Shown: positions 35,630 through 50,110, numbered from the stretch's first letter. The stretch is DNA of 64,000 nucleotides from Hypanus sabinus (GCF_030144855.1 NC_082719.1:44392001-44456000); one strand, 5' to 3'. Notes: generated from the letters alone by a model not told the origin. A program made the numbers and translations.

Positions 35630-36960
35630 AAACACAGGCCCTTTGCCCAACTCATCAATGCCAACCAAGCTGATTACCTGAGCTAATGGTATTTGCAGCA
35701 ATTGACTCGTATTCCACCTTTCTCATCTATGTACCTGTCCAAATGTCTTCTAAGTATTGTTATTTTTCCTAATCTTTACCACTTCTTCTGGCAACGCATT
35801 CTATGTACCTACGATGCTCGGTGTAAAAAAAGCTGGCTACAAAGGTGACTTTGGATCCCCTCTAGCCTGGAGTGAATTTTCACCTTGTGATTTTATATAA
35901 CATGTTAAGATCATTTCATTCTCCTGTGCACCAAGGAACATAATCCAAGCCTATCTAGTTTCTCTTTATAACTCAAGCTCTCCAGTACTGATAACAACCT
36001 TGTGTTTCTTTCACATTTTAACCTTTAGGAAATCCCAAGTCCCTTTGCACCTCAGATTTTTAAATTTTCTCTACATTTAGAAAACAGTCTATGCTTTTAT
36101 TTCTTCTACCACAGTGCATAACCATACACTTCCTGATACTGCATTCTATCTGCCACTCTACTAATCAGTCCAAGTTCTTCTGTAGCCTCCTAACTTCCTC
36201 AACTCTACCTGCCTTTCCACCTATCTTCGGAGCATCCGCAAACTCTGCCACAAAGCCATCAATTCTGTCGACCAAATCATTGAATTGTAACATAAAAAGA
36301 AATGGTCCCAACACAAATCCCTGCAGAACACCACTAATCTCTGGCAGGCAACTAGAAAAGGATTCCATTATACCTACCCTTTGCCTCTTGTCAATCTGCC
36401 AATGCTCTATCCTTGCTAGAAGCTTTTCTGTAATACCATGGCAGCATTTTCTGTAATACCATTGTTAAGCAGCCTCATGTATGGCATCTTGTCAAAGGCC
36501 TTCTGAAAATCTAAGTACATAACATCCATCGATTCTCCTGTGTTGATCCTGCCCGTTATTTCTTCAAAGAATTCCAACAGATTTGTCAGACAAGTTTTTC
36601 CTTGAGGAAACCATGCTAACTCTAGCCTATTTTTATCATGTTATGCTGAGACCTCACCCTTAATAATCAACTCCAATATCTTCCTACCACTGAAATCAGA
36701 CTAGCTGGTCTTTAGTTTCCTCTCTTCTGCTTCTCTCCATTTTTGAGTTCTCTGAAACCATGCCAAAATTTACTAGACAGACAATTACCAATGCCTCCAC
36801 AACCTCTTTCAGAACCCTAGGGTATTGACCATCTAGTCCAGGTGACTTACCTACCTTCAGACCTCTCAGTTCCCGAGCAACCTTCTCCCTAGTGATAGCA
36901 ACTTCACTCAATTTTGGCTTATCTGCAAACTTACTACCCATGACAACTATATTTGCATCC
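35630..36960 (-). mobile_element. Degraded CR1 fragments
   Basis: SGVLQGFVLGPFLF..FADAPKIGG; KSPGLDG.YPRVLKE. Confidence 0.75.
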
Positions 36961-37597
36961 AAATCTTAAATATAGATATCTCAGTGAGATGTGGAAATAT
37001 AATTTAGAGATTTTTAAATACTCAGAACTTAAAACTGTTTGTTCATAAAAATACTTCAATTAGTTGCCAGATGTGAAAGGCTACAGTATTGAGTCTTGTA
37101 TCTGAAAAAAAAAATTATTTCAATTACTAGGTTGCCCTGTTTATTTCAACTCAACAATGTTGAATACACTGAGTATCCTTTAACTGAATTTATCATGAGC
37201 TCTTACAAGCTAAGGAATTGGCATCAAGGGACAACATGGCAAATTAAAGGAACAATGAATAAAATAAATGACAAAAAGGTAAAAAAAAATTGTAGTATAG
37301 CAATTTATGCTGATGAGACAAAAAGAAAAATTGAAACTCAACCAGCACAGCTTAAAGAGCAAAGTAGGCATATTCAACCTTAATTGTCATTCGCTATGTA
37401 ACACATAAATGCTAGTAACAAACTAATCAAATAAGTTAATTCAAAATACTGACTGAATGAACTTAAACCTAGTCTGATGGATAACAAATTACTTCTAAGT
37501 GGCAACTATTAAAATTATACACAGCAAATAAAGGTCTGTTTTAACTTTCTTTGCAGAGAGACAGTCTATTAAAATAAAAATATTTTGAAAGATGTAC

Positions 37598-37713
37598 CTT
37601 ATGGCTTCTGAATCAATGTGCACTGGTGCAATTCTTTCTAGTAAGAACTTCACCATTTCCAGAAAGGGATTAGTTGGCTGTTTGGGATTTGCTAATTTAC
37701 GAGTAATTTCTCT
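37598..37713 (-). CDS. PDS5A: PDS5A exon 6/16 (116 bp)
   Basis: atctag|AGA...AG|gtacat; [38 protein letters not shown]. Confidence 0.95.
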
Positions 37714-38857
37714 CTAGATAAAGGGGGCAAAAGGGATTATTAACATACATTCAACCCAGACAATGATACAGAAATGACAATTAATCCCCAAAGTTTAGAC
37801 AAATTGCTTTTTTTTTAAATGAAGATCAGTAGTTTGTTAATAATTTGATGTAAAACACTGAATGAATTCTATCACCCAAGATGCAAGCTAATACACAATT
37901 TATACGAATTGTCGTCTTTTATTGAATTATGTTAACAAGTCAGTATTCCACATGAAAATCAACTTTTACCCCAAGAAGATCTGTTTGTCACTTTGGACCA
38001 TTCAGATCATTTGGACATTTTAATAAGATCCCACCAGAATTTATTAGATTGTCATTGACCAGAATGATACTAAAGGGAGATGGGAAAGAAGCTGTGGAAC
38101 CAAAAATTATTAGAATCTATTTTCATCCTCTGATGTGTCCATAGCTAAAAGAAAATTTATTTCTTAACATCTTAGATGCTCCCTGAAATAGATCTGAGAA
38201 AGATTAATGGCCATTGTTTTCCTTTTCAATAAATTTAATATGTGTACAACACACACACTGCAGCATTATTATTAGCATGCTCAGAATGGTAAACAGCTGA
38301 TGGGGCATGGCATTGGAAAAAACAAGGGAGCAGTAAGAGAACACATAGGGGCATTGCCTGACATCAAAATAATCATAAAAGCAATGGCATATTGGGCTGG
38401 ATCTTCTGAGAGCTAGATGGAATTATCATCATGCCTCCAGTATTTAAGTTTTTTTTTGGATGAGAGGTAGATGAGTGAAACACTCATTTACCTGTCAGTG
38501 GGCGGACTGTTCCAGCTGTTAGTGATGCTAGGATCACTGATCTGTGTTCCAGCACTGGGACTGCTGGAACTATTCAGACCATTAAATCCTTGCTTTAGAT
38601 CATCCACACATTATAATTGCTTCAGATACCTTTTCTGAGGTGAAAGCAAAAAGATGGGGTTTTATTTTTAAACATATTTGATTAACATTTGCCTTGTTCT
38701 TTCTTTACAATGGGGAGGGAGAATACCACCTGACAATGTCCAGAATTCTCCTTACACCCTGATAACATTGTATTTAGACTTTCACAGGCCTGATATTCCA
38801 AGCACCCATAAGTAAAAAGATTATGGAAATCTAAAACTATTATTCCACTGTTTATAG

Positions 38858-38936
38858 CAGGGGTTCACAACCTGGGGTCCGTGGGCCCCTTGGTTAATGG
38901 TAAGGGCCTATGGCATAAAATAGTTGGGAACCCCCA
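38858..38936. mobile_element. 79-bp hAT(Charlie)-type MITE
   Basis: CAGGGGTTCACAAC...GTTGGGAACCCCCA TIRs; imperfect 8-bp TSD GTTTATAG/GTTTACAA. Confidence 0.75.
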
Positions 38937-39069
38937 GTTTACAAGGAGAAATCCCATTAAAGTAGAGAGCATGCTGGACATTGTGGACAAATCCAAAAAT
39001 CAACACTAGAAACTTCTTGTAGGTAGCAATCCTAGGAGAGGGGCTCATTGGCTGAAGATTGCTGGGTGG

Positions 39070-39438
39070 TGGGGGGGAAACCTCATTGAAACCTACCGAA
39101 TGTTGAAAGGACTAGATAGGGTAGATGTGGAGAGGATGTTTTCTAAGGTGGGGGTATCCAGAGCTAGAAGGGGGACCTTTTAGACAGAGGTAAGGAGGAA
39201 TTTTATTTTAGCCAGAGAGTAGTGAATCTATGGAATGCATTGCCACAGGCTGGGATGGAGGCAAGTCCATGGGAATATTGGAAGTTGATATTTTCCTGAT
39301 CGGCCAAAGCATCAAAGGATATGTTAAGGAGGCAGGTGTATGGGGCAGTGTAGGATCTGGGATCAGACATGATGGAATGGCAGAGCAGACTCGATGGGCT
39401 GAATGGTCTATTTCCCTCCTATGTCTTATGGTCTTATA
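39070..39438 (+). mobile_element. CR1 3' end
   Basis: LIETYRMLKGLDRVDVERMF..RVVNLWNALP; tail catgatggaatggcagagcagactcgatgggctgaatgg..tatgtcttatggtctta. Confidence 0.85.
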
Positions 39439-39945
39439 GCTGTGAAGGCTATATTATTGACCTAGGGTAAGAAAGCTTCTATGCTGCCTATCAGCAGGAA
39501 GCTGGCCTCCTCTGAAGAGATTTTGCCAAGAAGCACACTGGAAGAAACAGGGCATCAAACAGATTAATAGCACTTAGAATATGCAGTGTTGATACTTATG
39601 TGTAATGGAAAGTGCAGCTTGAAGTGAGGAGCTGCAATAAAATAACAAAATAAGACCAAAAAGACTGCACAAATTGAACTAGTCAATTTGCAAAAGTGGC
39701 ATTTCCCTACTTACCCTACCAATGAAATGCATTTAATGTAGCAAGTATAAACTAAAACTCATGCAGACATGTACAAGCAGTATTACATGATGAACAGCTA
39801 GTAACTAACATTTACCAAGTCAGGCACAAAATTAATCCCTTTTTTTCTCACTCTAATCTTAACCTCACAATAAACATAATCACTGATAATAAAGACCAGG
39901 CCTCTTTAACTAAGAAGATCAAAACAGTTAACAACATTCCCTTAC

Positions 39946-40085
39946 CACACAGACTTCTGCTTGTTTACAAGAGCAGGCAGGGCTAATCAACAGCTCCAAC
40001 TGACCTCGTAGCCTTTCATCATCACCCAGGACCTGATTAAATTTCTTCATGAAATCCTGTGCTTTTCCTGGGTCAGGCAAATTTT
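39946..40085 (-). CDS. PDS5A: PDS5A exon 5/16 (140 bp)
   Basis: aaacag|AA...GTG|gtaagg; [46 protein letters not shown]. Confidence 0.95.
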
Positions 40086-41985
40086 CTGTTTGCAATGTAA
40101 TAGATTTAAAAGTTAAACATAATAATCAATATGCACAGCAGCTAGAGCTTTACACTTTTCATTGAATATTCCCAAAATCAATTTATTTTGATGATTTCCT
40201 ATCTCCATAAAGTTCAATGAAATAGACTAATAATAGATTTATTAGTCTTCATTCGTGTTCTAATACAAGCACATTATTTTCCAAGTACCAAAGAAACTTA
40301 ACTGGGTAAACCAGAGATGCCTGTCCCTTTAGTGATCATTTCAAATGACCCCTGTCATCCACACTCCTATCACATGACCCAAAGTAGTTCCCTCATGTTG
40401 GCATGTACTGTATATTTTAATCAAAATGAGAGGTGATAATATTATAATGGCTGCAGGGCTCTATTTTACCCAATTTGTAATATCTTAAAGTCAGAAACAA
40501 GATTAAATTCCCACAAAAGCACACATTCCTACTAGTTAAGAGAAATTATTTCTGTATTTAATATGAAAACAGTCAAGTTCTCCTTCCAAAATAACATAAA
40601 TGATCACAAACCATGGTCTCCTTAACAAGATTGAGAGAGAAGTGGGTTGGGACTAAGTTAACGACTAAACAACTACAAGACAAAAGGGACATTACCTTCA
40701 TTCTTCAGTTATTTTCCTCCACATACCACAAGTACAATAGTGTTGTCCTAGGTGTATTATATCTGACTAATGCAGCTGAAAGCTTTGCTTATCCACAGAT
40801 CCTACTTGGAAGTGGAGTTTCACTGTTGGTACTTAACTACAATCCGTGCCAATGGCCATAATCAGTGAGCAACTGGACAACAGCTGTGCCCAAACATCCC
40901 AGAGTGCAGTTTATCTCAAAAACTTGTTGACTTTGTTCATGTTCAGCAGAACAACGTTGCTGCTCACCAGGGGAATGACCACAAATTTTAAATTCGTAAG
41001 TTTTCACATTTACTTTGGCAGAAAACCAAATAATTAGATTATAGGTAAAAAGGCATAACCCGAAGGGAATCTTCAGTAAGGCAGAAATTCCCCCAAGAAC
41101 TTTAATAGTATATTTCTGCTGGTATAAAAGCCAAAGTGAATTACAGCATTCTGCATATTCTTGTAAAGGAACAAACATTACAAAAATATACGATGCAGTT
41201 TTTGTCCCTGTGTTGTAACAACTGTTAGTTCTCTGTCAAGCAAGTTAGCTTTCTAGAAATGCAGGACAGCATCTAGAAACATGTTCTAACAAAGCCCAAA
41301 TGTGTTGGTGTAATGGAAGGATCATGCGGGTTGAGTATCCCTTCAATGTTTTCAGAAAAGGGGGAAGGGTCCCTCTAATGTCAAGATGACTAGCAATTCA
41401 TTCCTGCTAGCCTTATATTTAGATCAAGGATTTAAATTATAGATCATAAATTAGTATTGGCATCTCATGCAAACAATGTGGTGAAAATATCTGCATAAAT
41501 TTTTTATGGAAATGTAACTTTTTCCTAAAGTACAACTTCATTGTCATTATCAACAGTACTTTAAAATTTATTTCTGTACTTAAATAATTTTTGAATTTAA
41601 ATCCCCCTACTTCTGTGAGGAACTCAAATTCATGTCGCTTGTTACATGGTTCATCACACTATTGAGTTATTAATAAACTGTTTAAAACTGTACAACACTG
41701 AAATCAAATTATAAACTACAATGTGTTACCTATTTTGGAGAAAGTGAAAAATAAAGCCTTCTGTAAGAATAGTTTAACAAGTAGGAGCACAGATTGACAA
41801 CTTGATTACTAATCATCAAAAAAGTAACATTTGCTACCCAGTAACACAGCAATGATACACATGTATACAGTAAATAGTATTAAATGAAAAATATTTTTAT
41901 AAGGAGAATAACAACTTTAGTATCAATATTAACAAATGCTCTTTTTACTTCCAAAAAAAAATGTAACTTGAATAACTGCACTTAC

Positions 41986-42034
41986 TTGCTATAGCCATCA
42001 GTTTGGCAAACATTGCATTATTGTTAGCCTCTGA
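41986..42034 (-). CDS. PDS5A: PDS5A exon 4/16 (49 bp)
   Basis: tttcag|TCA...GCAA|gtaagt; SEANNNAMFAKLMAIA. Confidence 0.93.
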
Positions 42035-42443
42035 CTGAAACATAAAAGATTTGAAGGTTAGACAAACTTGCACCTATCTTTTTCCAAATGAACCATTTTT
42101 TTTGTTGCTTTGGTAGGGATATGATTGTTACAATTTTCAGTATTACTGTGCAAGTTCAAAATATTTCAATATTTGGAATTGACATTCAAAGATGTTTGCT
42201 CTTTTTGAACAATGGCTTATGATTCATTCAGGTAAGGGAGACTAGTTATCCTGTTCATTAGAAAAAGTGCACTTCTGGCAGCATAACAACCTTGCAGTTT
42301 TACCCTGATGCATGCGCTTAGATTGGGTCTATATCAAAAACCAAAGAAATTATCTAACAATTAGAAACACTTCAAAACTAATTTTGCACATCTTTTGGTT
42401 AATTGACATAATCACCAAATATTAATATACTAATGAAACTTAC

Positions 42444-42525
42444 TGCAGCTTGTTTATGCAGGTCTAGTAACTCCCGGACATGACTCCGTAGCATGTTTTG
42501 GCACTTCCACATTTCATTCAATGCT
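42444..42525 (-). CDS. PDS5A: PDS5A exon 3/16 (82 bp)
   Basis: ctacag|A...GCA|gtaagt; [27 protein letters not shown]. Confidence 0.95.
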
Positions 42526-43855
42526 CTGTAGACAAAAATCAATATTTTAAACTGTATTGTTAATGTTAAGTTAAAATTTCTCTTCCTATATATCATTTGT
42601 TTTATGGCTATCATATATACTTTAAAATAAGTTCCACTTTTATGCACAGTTAGGATATTGTAATCATCTTGCTAACAAAAATCACATGCAATGACCTTAT
42701 TAGAATCCTGCTAAGATGCTGCTTCTAGTCATTTCATTTCAATACCTCATATATTCATAGCATATTACCCACTAAACATAAATTTTCTATTTGAATTGCA
42801 CCCTGATTTTTCTGAACAGAGTAGTGGCACAAGAACATCTTCAATGAGCACAGCAAGTCTAAGTAAGACATTACAGTATTTAAAAAACAATCAAGAAATC
42901 TAATCCTCATTCATTTGGCTTTTACATATGGAAATTATAAAATATACCTAAATCTATAGTGATCCACTTCAAAACTGAACAAGCTTATTGTCAAATAGCA
43001 TTAAAGAAAAATAATTTCTATAGATGAGGCAATTTTTAATCATAAAAGGTAAAAATATTTTGAAACAAATTCAGAAGTAATTCTTGACAAAATGTAACAT
43101 GGATCCATAATCTTAATTTTCAATATGTAACTTGTCAAAATTAGAGCAGACAAGAAATTATATTAAAATGTTCATAAATTCAGCAAGTTTAATATCATAT
43201 GGCACACAAATATTGTCGTGCAGCTGGTTCATGTTAAGTGAGATCAATATGCTATTCTGCACTTAAGCAAATTGTTGAGAAGTCTATTAAGTTCCATGGA
43301 GTACTTTTTTTTGGTGGGCATTAAACCAGAATGATAGAGCATCATCCTTTATAGATCTTTACTGTATCAGAAATGGAGTTAAACAAATTGCTCATTTATC
43401 TGTGGATCCTGTGTGGGTCAGATCACACTTGGATCTGCTTAGAAGGACGCTGGTGATTAACTTAGAAATATTCAGTAACTGTACAATTAGATTTGAAAAT
43501 TTCAGTTACTCTGAATAAATAATGTTGAGCCAAAGTCTATTGGAGGTAAAGAAATGAAAGGAAGTACCAGTAAAATTAGAATATTAAAAGCTGACAAGTC
43601 TCCAGGAATTTATAGTCTACATCTTACGAGTTTCAAACAGCAGCACAGAAATCATTGACACAGTAGTGGCAACATTGCAAAACTCCCTAGGTTCTGGAAA
43701 ATTTCTATTAAACAGTTGAAAAATGTAACTTTGCTATCCAGGAAATGAGAAATAGATAAAAAAGTTAACAAGAGATCAATCTTTTAGACATCATCATCAG
43801 TAAATAGCTGGGGCCGAAGAATGGAATAATTAAGTCATGACTATATCATATTATA

Positions 43856-44446
43856 CAGGTATCCCCCCCCCCGCTTATGAAAGTTCGCTTTACGCCACTT
43901 TGCTTTTATGAAAGACCTACATTAGTACCTGTTTTCGCTAACCTAAAGAACGCTGAAGAGGGTTTTCACTTTTACGAGAATAGGCGCCCACTTTAAACTT
44001 GTGTTTGCCCCGAGAAAGACTACCATGACAGTGAAGCCTTGCGCAGGCAAGTGTGTGCGCATGAGTGTATGTGCCGATATTTTTTTTCTACAAACTGGTT
44101 TTTGGCTAAATCTTCCGGATTCTGGTAAGTGAAACTACCCTGTACATACATTATTTCTACTTTATATAGAAAAAAGACACCCACTTTAAACTTGTGTTTA
44201 TCCCGAGAAAGACTACCATGACTGTGAAACCTTGCGTGGGAAGGTATGTGCGCATGCTTGTATGTGCCGTTCTTTTAGGTTTTATATGTTATTTGGGATG
44301 ATTTGGTAGGTTATTTTTTGGGGTCTGTGAATGCTCAAAAAATTTTCCCATATAAATTAATGGTAATTGCTTCTTTGCTTTACGTCATTTCGGCTTACGA
44401 AAGGTTTCATAGGAACGCTCTACTTTCGGATAGCGGGGGAAACCTG
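43856..44446. mobile_element. pogo/Tigger-like MITE with internal ~90-bp direct repeat
   Basis: TA|CAGGT.TCCCCC..GCT ... AGCGGGGGAAACCTG|TA; repeat units at about 43987-44076 and 44180-44269. Confidence 0.85.
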
Positions 44447-44779
44447 TAATTAGTATCACCATGGATACTCTAACTTCCCAACTATTTGTCTATAACCCTA
44501 TAGTTTATGGCTCCAAGTGCTCATCTCATTTCTCTTAACAGGAGCCAGGACTTGGAGTGAGAAGAGCAAGTTTAAAAGTGGTAGGTCTCAGTACTTTTTA
44601 GTGAATTTCAGAGGACATACAAGAGGAACATTTGCAAATTGAGAGTTAATAAATGATTGGTTGATTAACTAATGAACAGAAGCCAATAAAAAGTTATAGT
44701 CAAGTGGAGTGGGCATTGTTAGAATGGGGAATTCTACAACAGTGAGGTATGATCATTTTCTCATTATCTGTACTAATCT

Positions 44780-45250
44780 GAACTGCAGAAGTATTAAGGC
44801 CATGATCACCCAGCGTCAGTTGCAGTGGCTAGGGCACATGATAAGGATGCCCCCATGTCGGCTACCCTGCAGAATGTTATACGGCCAGCTATATCATGGT
44901 CCACACTCAGCTGGAGGGCTGAAGAAAAGCTAAAAGGATCAGATGAAGAATGCTTTAAGGAAGTGCAAGATCAGGCCTGAGGACCTGGAGGATGTTGCTG
45001 CTGACCGTAACACTTGGCGACAGCTGTGTAGGGATGGGGTTCATATCCTGGAGATGGAAAGGACAACCAGAAGACAGCAGAAGAGAGCCAGGAGAAATGC
45101 AGCCATAGTTGCCATTACTACCACATATACATGTTCCACCTGCAACAGAACTTGTGGGTTCAGGATAGGACTGTATAGTCATCAAAGATCTCACTGTTAA
45201 AGGACTGGATGTCGTCATCAGATTCTGATGGATAACCAAAGAGAGAAGAG
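44780..45250 (+). mobile_element. RTE (BovB-like) LINE 3' end
   Basis: RQLQWLGHMIRMP..RLP..LYGQL; AADRNTWR; CSTCNRTCGFRIGLYSHQRSH; (GA)-rich tail. Confidence 0.88.
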
Positions 45251-47380
45251 ACTCATATCCCCAGATGGGATTTAAAAAGAGAATTAGGATGTATTTGATG
45301 ATGTACGTATGATTTACTTGATTATTTGGTTTTGGAGGATATCGAGTTGAATAATAATACCTTGGGAGATTGCTAGGAGATTAAAAAAAAGAGCTAGCTG
45401 TTCCCTGGTGGATGGATGAATGTAAAGAGAGTTGTGAAGGAGCAGAAAAAAGCTTTTAGAAAAGTTAGGCAGCATTACTCCATCTTTTAGACAATATAAA
45501 AGAGTTCAAGCTATAGGTAGAAAAGTAGTGAGAAGGACAAAGAAAATGTATTGCAGAATGTGTTGTGATAGCACTAGTAAAGAATTCCAGGTAGGGGAAG
45601 TTTGGTGTATGATACAGAAAATGGGGAGAGTTTACAAAACTTGATGCATTACTGGTTTGGTATACTGGGGGAAAGGTTGCAGTTACTGACTCTGAAAAAG
45701 CAGCATTATTAGCAAAAACATATGTTAGTGTACATAGTTCAGTCAACTTAAGTAGCGGACTTAGAGAAAAACAATTTTGGTAAGAAATCATCAGGTTGCT
45801 GAGAAAAAATAATGTTCTAGTTCCTGCTTGGAACTTAAAAGAGATATTAATAGACATACCCTGGGGAAGATATTTGTTATAATATTTTTACACTGTTATT
45901 GTATTTTAAACATGTTGGGTTTTAAATTCTTTAATACAATGCAGGTCGAAGAGCAACTTCCTGCTACCTGGAAATTAGCGGTTGTTATCCTTGTATTTAA
46001 ATCTGGTAAGGATCAATCAGACCCTTCCAGGGGTAGACCTATTTTGCTAAATTCACATGTATGCAAAGTAATAGGATGAATGATTCTAACAAGGCTTTCT
46101 TATTTTGTGAAAATTACTTGTATACCAAACTGGATTTTGTAAGGGTAGTCTGTGTTAAATTTGGAATCTGATATTTGTAAGGCCCAAGTTAACAAAGAAT
46201 CAGTGGTAGCAGTTTTCTTTGATGTAGAGAAAGCTTATATGCTATGGACACAAGTGTTGTTGCTTAAATTGGAATACAGGGAATAGATGGTAGAATGTTC
46301 AATTGGATTCAAGATTTTTTTATGTGATAAGAAAATGCAAGTTAGGGTAGAAACAACATTCTCTTAAGGAGTATGAGATAGAGAATGGGACTCACAGGGG
46401 AGTGTGTATAGCTCACTCCTCTTTAATATCATGGTTGATGATGTTTTCTTAAATGTTGGCTCAGATATTTCCAGATCAATATATAGTGGTGTACTGTGGA
46501 AGAGAGGCAGGAATATAAATTAAACAGATAGGAAAATGAAGGCAGTTATTAATGAAGTAGAGGAATGGGGACAATGACAGGGGTTTAAATTTTTTGACGC
46601 AAAGACTCAAGTTACATGATAAATCTCAAAAAACAGTGGTAAAGTTTCTGTGTATGCGGATGGACACAAGGCTACATGGAAGGTGCATGTGAATAAAGTT
46701 GTAGAGAAATGTAAAAAAAACTCAACATGCTCAGGACCTTAGGTGGGTACAATTAGCATGTGAGTAGATCATTTAAACAAATGCATATTGTTTTATTCAG
46801 ATCTGTCTTTAATTATGGATGTGTTGCTTATGCTTCAGCCTCACAAGTGGTCTTAAAGCCCCTAGATAGAGTACAAATTCAAATCTAGAGATTATGTTGT
46901 AATGCTATTAAATCATCCCCGATTTCAGCATTAATGTGTTGGTAGGAATGAAAGAAGTATCTTTACATCTGCATAGCAATAGTTTATTGGGTTAGCCGAA
47001 GAGGACAAAGTTGGTCAACCAGTTTTCGCAACATTAATTGACTCTTGGGAGCACTGCATTTGTAAGTTTTTCAGTATTGAGCGATTGAGAATGGGCACAA
47101 AATCTTGGGTGGTTTAATGTGGATTATGGTCCCACTGTAGCTCTGTTTGTCACTCCTCCATGGTTTTTCCCATTGTCTGTGGTTAATTTGAGCCTTCAGG
47201 AAAATATAAAGATGAGGAGTGATTGTTTGTCAGTGGCACAGAAGTTCAGCAATATATTCATTCAAAGCAGGTATTTCTTGCATATCTACACAAATGGTTC
47301 TAAAGTTCCATGGATGTTGCATCCCAGTTGCCAGTGCAAGCCAGGGCAGTACAATATGGAGAGCAAGCTGTTGTCCATAT

Positions 47381-49656
47381 ATTGAATTGACTATATTTTT
47401 TACATCATTCACATACATGAGTAAAAATCTTTACGTTACATCTCCGTCTAAATGTGCAATTTATAGTAATTTGTAATAAACATTATGTACAACAGGACAG
47501 TTAATATAGCATAGAAATACAATGATATCAGTGTGAATTAATCAGTCTGATGGCCTGGTGTAAGAAGCTGTCCCGGAACCTGTTGGTTCTGGCTTTTATG
47601 ATACAGTACCATTTCCCAGATGGTGGCAGTTGGAATAGTTTGCGGTTAGGGTGACCCGGGACCCCAATGATCCTTCGGGCCCTTTTTACACACCCGTCTC
47701 TGTGCATGTCCTGAATAGTGGGAAGTTCACATCTACAGATGTGCTGGGCTGTGTGCACCACTCCCTGCAGATTCCTGTGATTGAAGGAAGTACAATTCCC
47801 ATGCAGCCAGTCAGGATGCCCTCAATTGTGCCCCTGTAGAAAGTCCTTAGGATATGGGGACACATGCCAAACTTCTTCAACCATTTGAGGTGAAAGTGGT
47901 GCTGTTATGCTTTTTTCACCACACAGCCATATGTACAAATCACGAGATCCTCAGTGATGCGTATGCCGAGGAATTTAAAGCTGTTCATCCTCTCAACCCC
48001 AGATCCATTGATGTCAATGGGGGTTAACCTGTCTCCGTTCCTCCTGTAGTCCATGACAGCTCCTTTGTCTTTGCGATGTGAGGGAGAGGTTTTCTTCACA
48101 GCACTTTGTCAGGGTGATGACTTTCTTCTCTGTAGGCTGCCTCATTATTATTTGAGATAAGGCCAATCAATGCAGTATGTCAGCAAATTTAATTAGCAGA
48201 TTGGAGCTGTGGGTGACAACACAGTAATGAGTATACAGAGAGTAAAAGAGTGGGCTTAGGACACAGCCCTGAGGGGCTCCTGTGTTGAGGGTTGGGGGGG
48301 GGGGGGGGGGCAGAGGTGAGGAAAGCCACTCTTATCACCTGCAGGCCTGCAGGTTATCTGACAGGAAGTCCAGGATCCAGCTGCACAAGGCAGGGTCAAC
48401 GCTGAGGTCTCTGAGCTTCTTGTCAAGCCTGGAGGGAATTATGGTATTGAACTGATTGAACTGTAGTCCAAAAACAGCATTCTCACATAAGCATCCTTTT
48501 TCTCCAGATGTGTAAGGACAGTGTGTAGAGCTGTGGCTATTGCAACACCTATCGATCTGTTGTGTTGGTAGTCAAATTGTTGGGGGGGGGGGGGGGTCCC
48601 GTATGGGTGTTAGCATGCTACAGATGTAGTCCTTGACCAGCCTCTTAAAGTATTTGCTTATCATTGACAGGATGCCAGCTGTTCAAATGTTACCTTGGTC
48701 TTTTTAGGCACAGGAACGAGGGTGGATGTTTTGAAGCAGGGGACACGCTACACTGGGAGAGGGAAAGTTTAAAAGTGTCTATAAACTCATCTGCCAGTTG
48801 TGCCGTACACATCCTGACATCTCGCCCTGGGATGCCGTCCGGTCCCGCAGCCCTGTGACTCTCCAATCGTTGGACGCACCTGCGTACTTCAGCCTCAGAG
48901 ATGACCAAGGTGCAGGTCGCTTCATTGGCTCTCCTTGGGGCCTCAGTGTTGGCAACATCAAAACAGAGCGTAAAAAAGATTGAACTCATCTGGGAGAGAG
49001 GCAACAATGTTGGCAGCACCACTGCACGTAGCTTTGAAGTTTGTGATTATGTGCAGACATTGCAATAAACTGTGTATGTTGTGGATGGAGAGCTGAGTCT
49101 GGATCTTGTCCCAGTATTGTCGTTTCACTGCTTTGATGACTTTACATCGATCGTAGCTGCATCTCTTGAGCTCTTGTTGGTTACCAGCAATGTAAGTTTG
49201 ATCTTGCACGGTGTGTGCATACACATGGAACTGTTGATCCAGGATTTCTGGTTTGGATAAACCCTGACCAATTTCTGGAGGACAAAATCCTAAATGCACT
49301 TCCAGATGAAGCTCGTGACCCCATCAGTGAACTCCAGAGACATCCTCATCACGAAACACATCCCAGTTGACATCATCAAGCAGTCCTGAAGCATGAACAC
49401 TGACTGGTCGGACCAACATGGACAGTTTTAACAATGACCACCTCGTTTCAGCTTCTGCCTGTACATCAGCAGAAGCAAGATGGAGGAGTGATCCAACTTT
49501 CCAAACAGCAGACAGAAGCATTTTGTAAGCATTGCAGAAGGGAGAGCAGCAGTGGTCGAGTATACTCTCTCCCCAGGTTTTCACCTGGATGTGTTGACAA
49601 AACTTCAGAGAGACTTGAGAGGGCGATGCTCTATTAAAGTCTCCGGCAACGCTGAA
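47381..49656 (-). mobile_element. Rex1/Babar LINE (end of APE through RT to 3' tail), degenerate
   Basis: VAGDFN; AAGPDGIPGR; FKFLGIRITEDL; HPNRKLFQL.PSG..RTNRFRDSF; (CAATT)n-like tail at 47381. Confidence 0.88.
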
Positions 49657-50110
49657 GCAGGCTCCGCTACTCCACACAGCTGATGAATCCAAAGGAACAG
49701 TAGAGAACGATACAGTTTGGCATCAGTAGCATCACAGGAGTTGCCAGTCAGCATTGAACTCAAGTAGGACCACCTTAAGGACTCCAGTTCCAGATTTTTC
49801 CACGGGGATTTACTCTGAAGCCTTCCCCATGAGTGGGTATAGCCACAAGGTAGCGGAGGTTTGAGATCAGAACTTTCCTTCTCCTAAGTGAGCCATATTT
49901 TCCTGAAGCGCTTGGTTTTAAGGTGCTAGTCACCCCCCCCCCCCCCACCCTGCCCCGTTTCTCATCAGTAGAAATGGTTTTTCAAGGCTTAACAGCTAAA
50001 TCGCATGTGAAGGCCAGGAGTAGGAGCTGGCTGTCAGAGGCTCTTTGAGACACACGTCATTTGGGAGCATTATTCCCACATCTTATTCCCACTACCACTT
50101 CCAGTTATAA
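49657..50110 (-). mobile_element. RTE-type 5' UTR-derived repeat; its other part lies at 47310-47380
   Basis: taggagaaggaaagttctgatctcaaacc resembles RTE 5' UTR motifs as I recall them; appears split by the Rex1 copy. Confidence 0.55.

Noticed and set aside
48294-48310. Long G/C homopolymers (also about 26690, 48582, 49933, 53809)
   Set aside because: They lie within decayed TEs; slippage or sequencing homopolymer error suffices.
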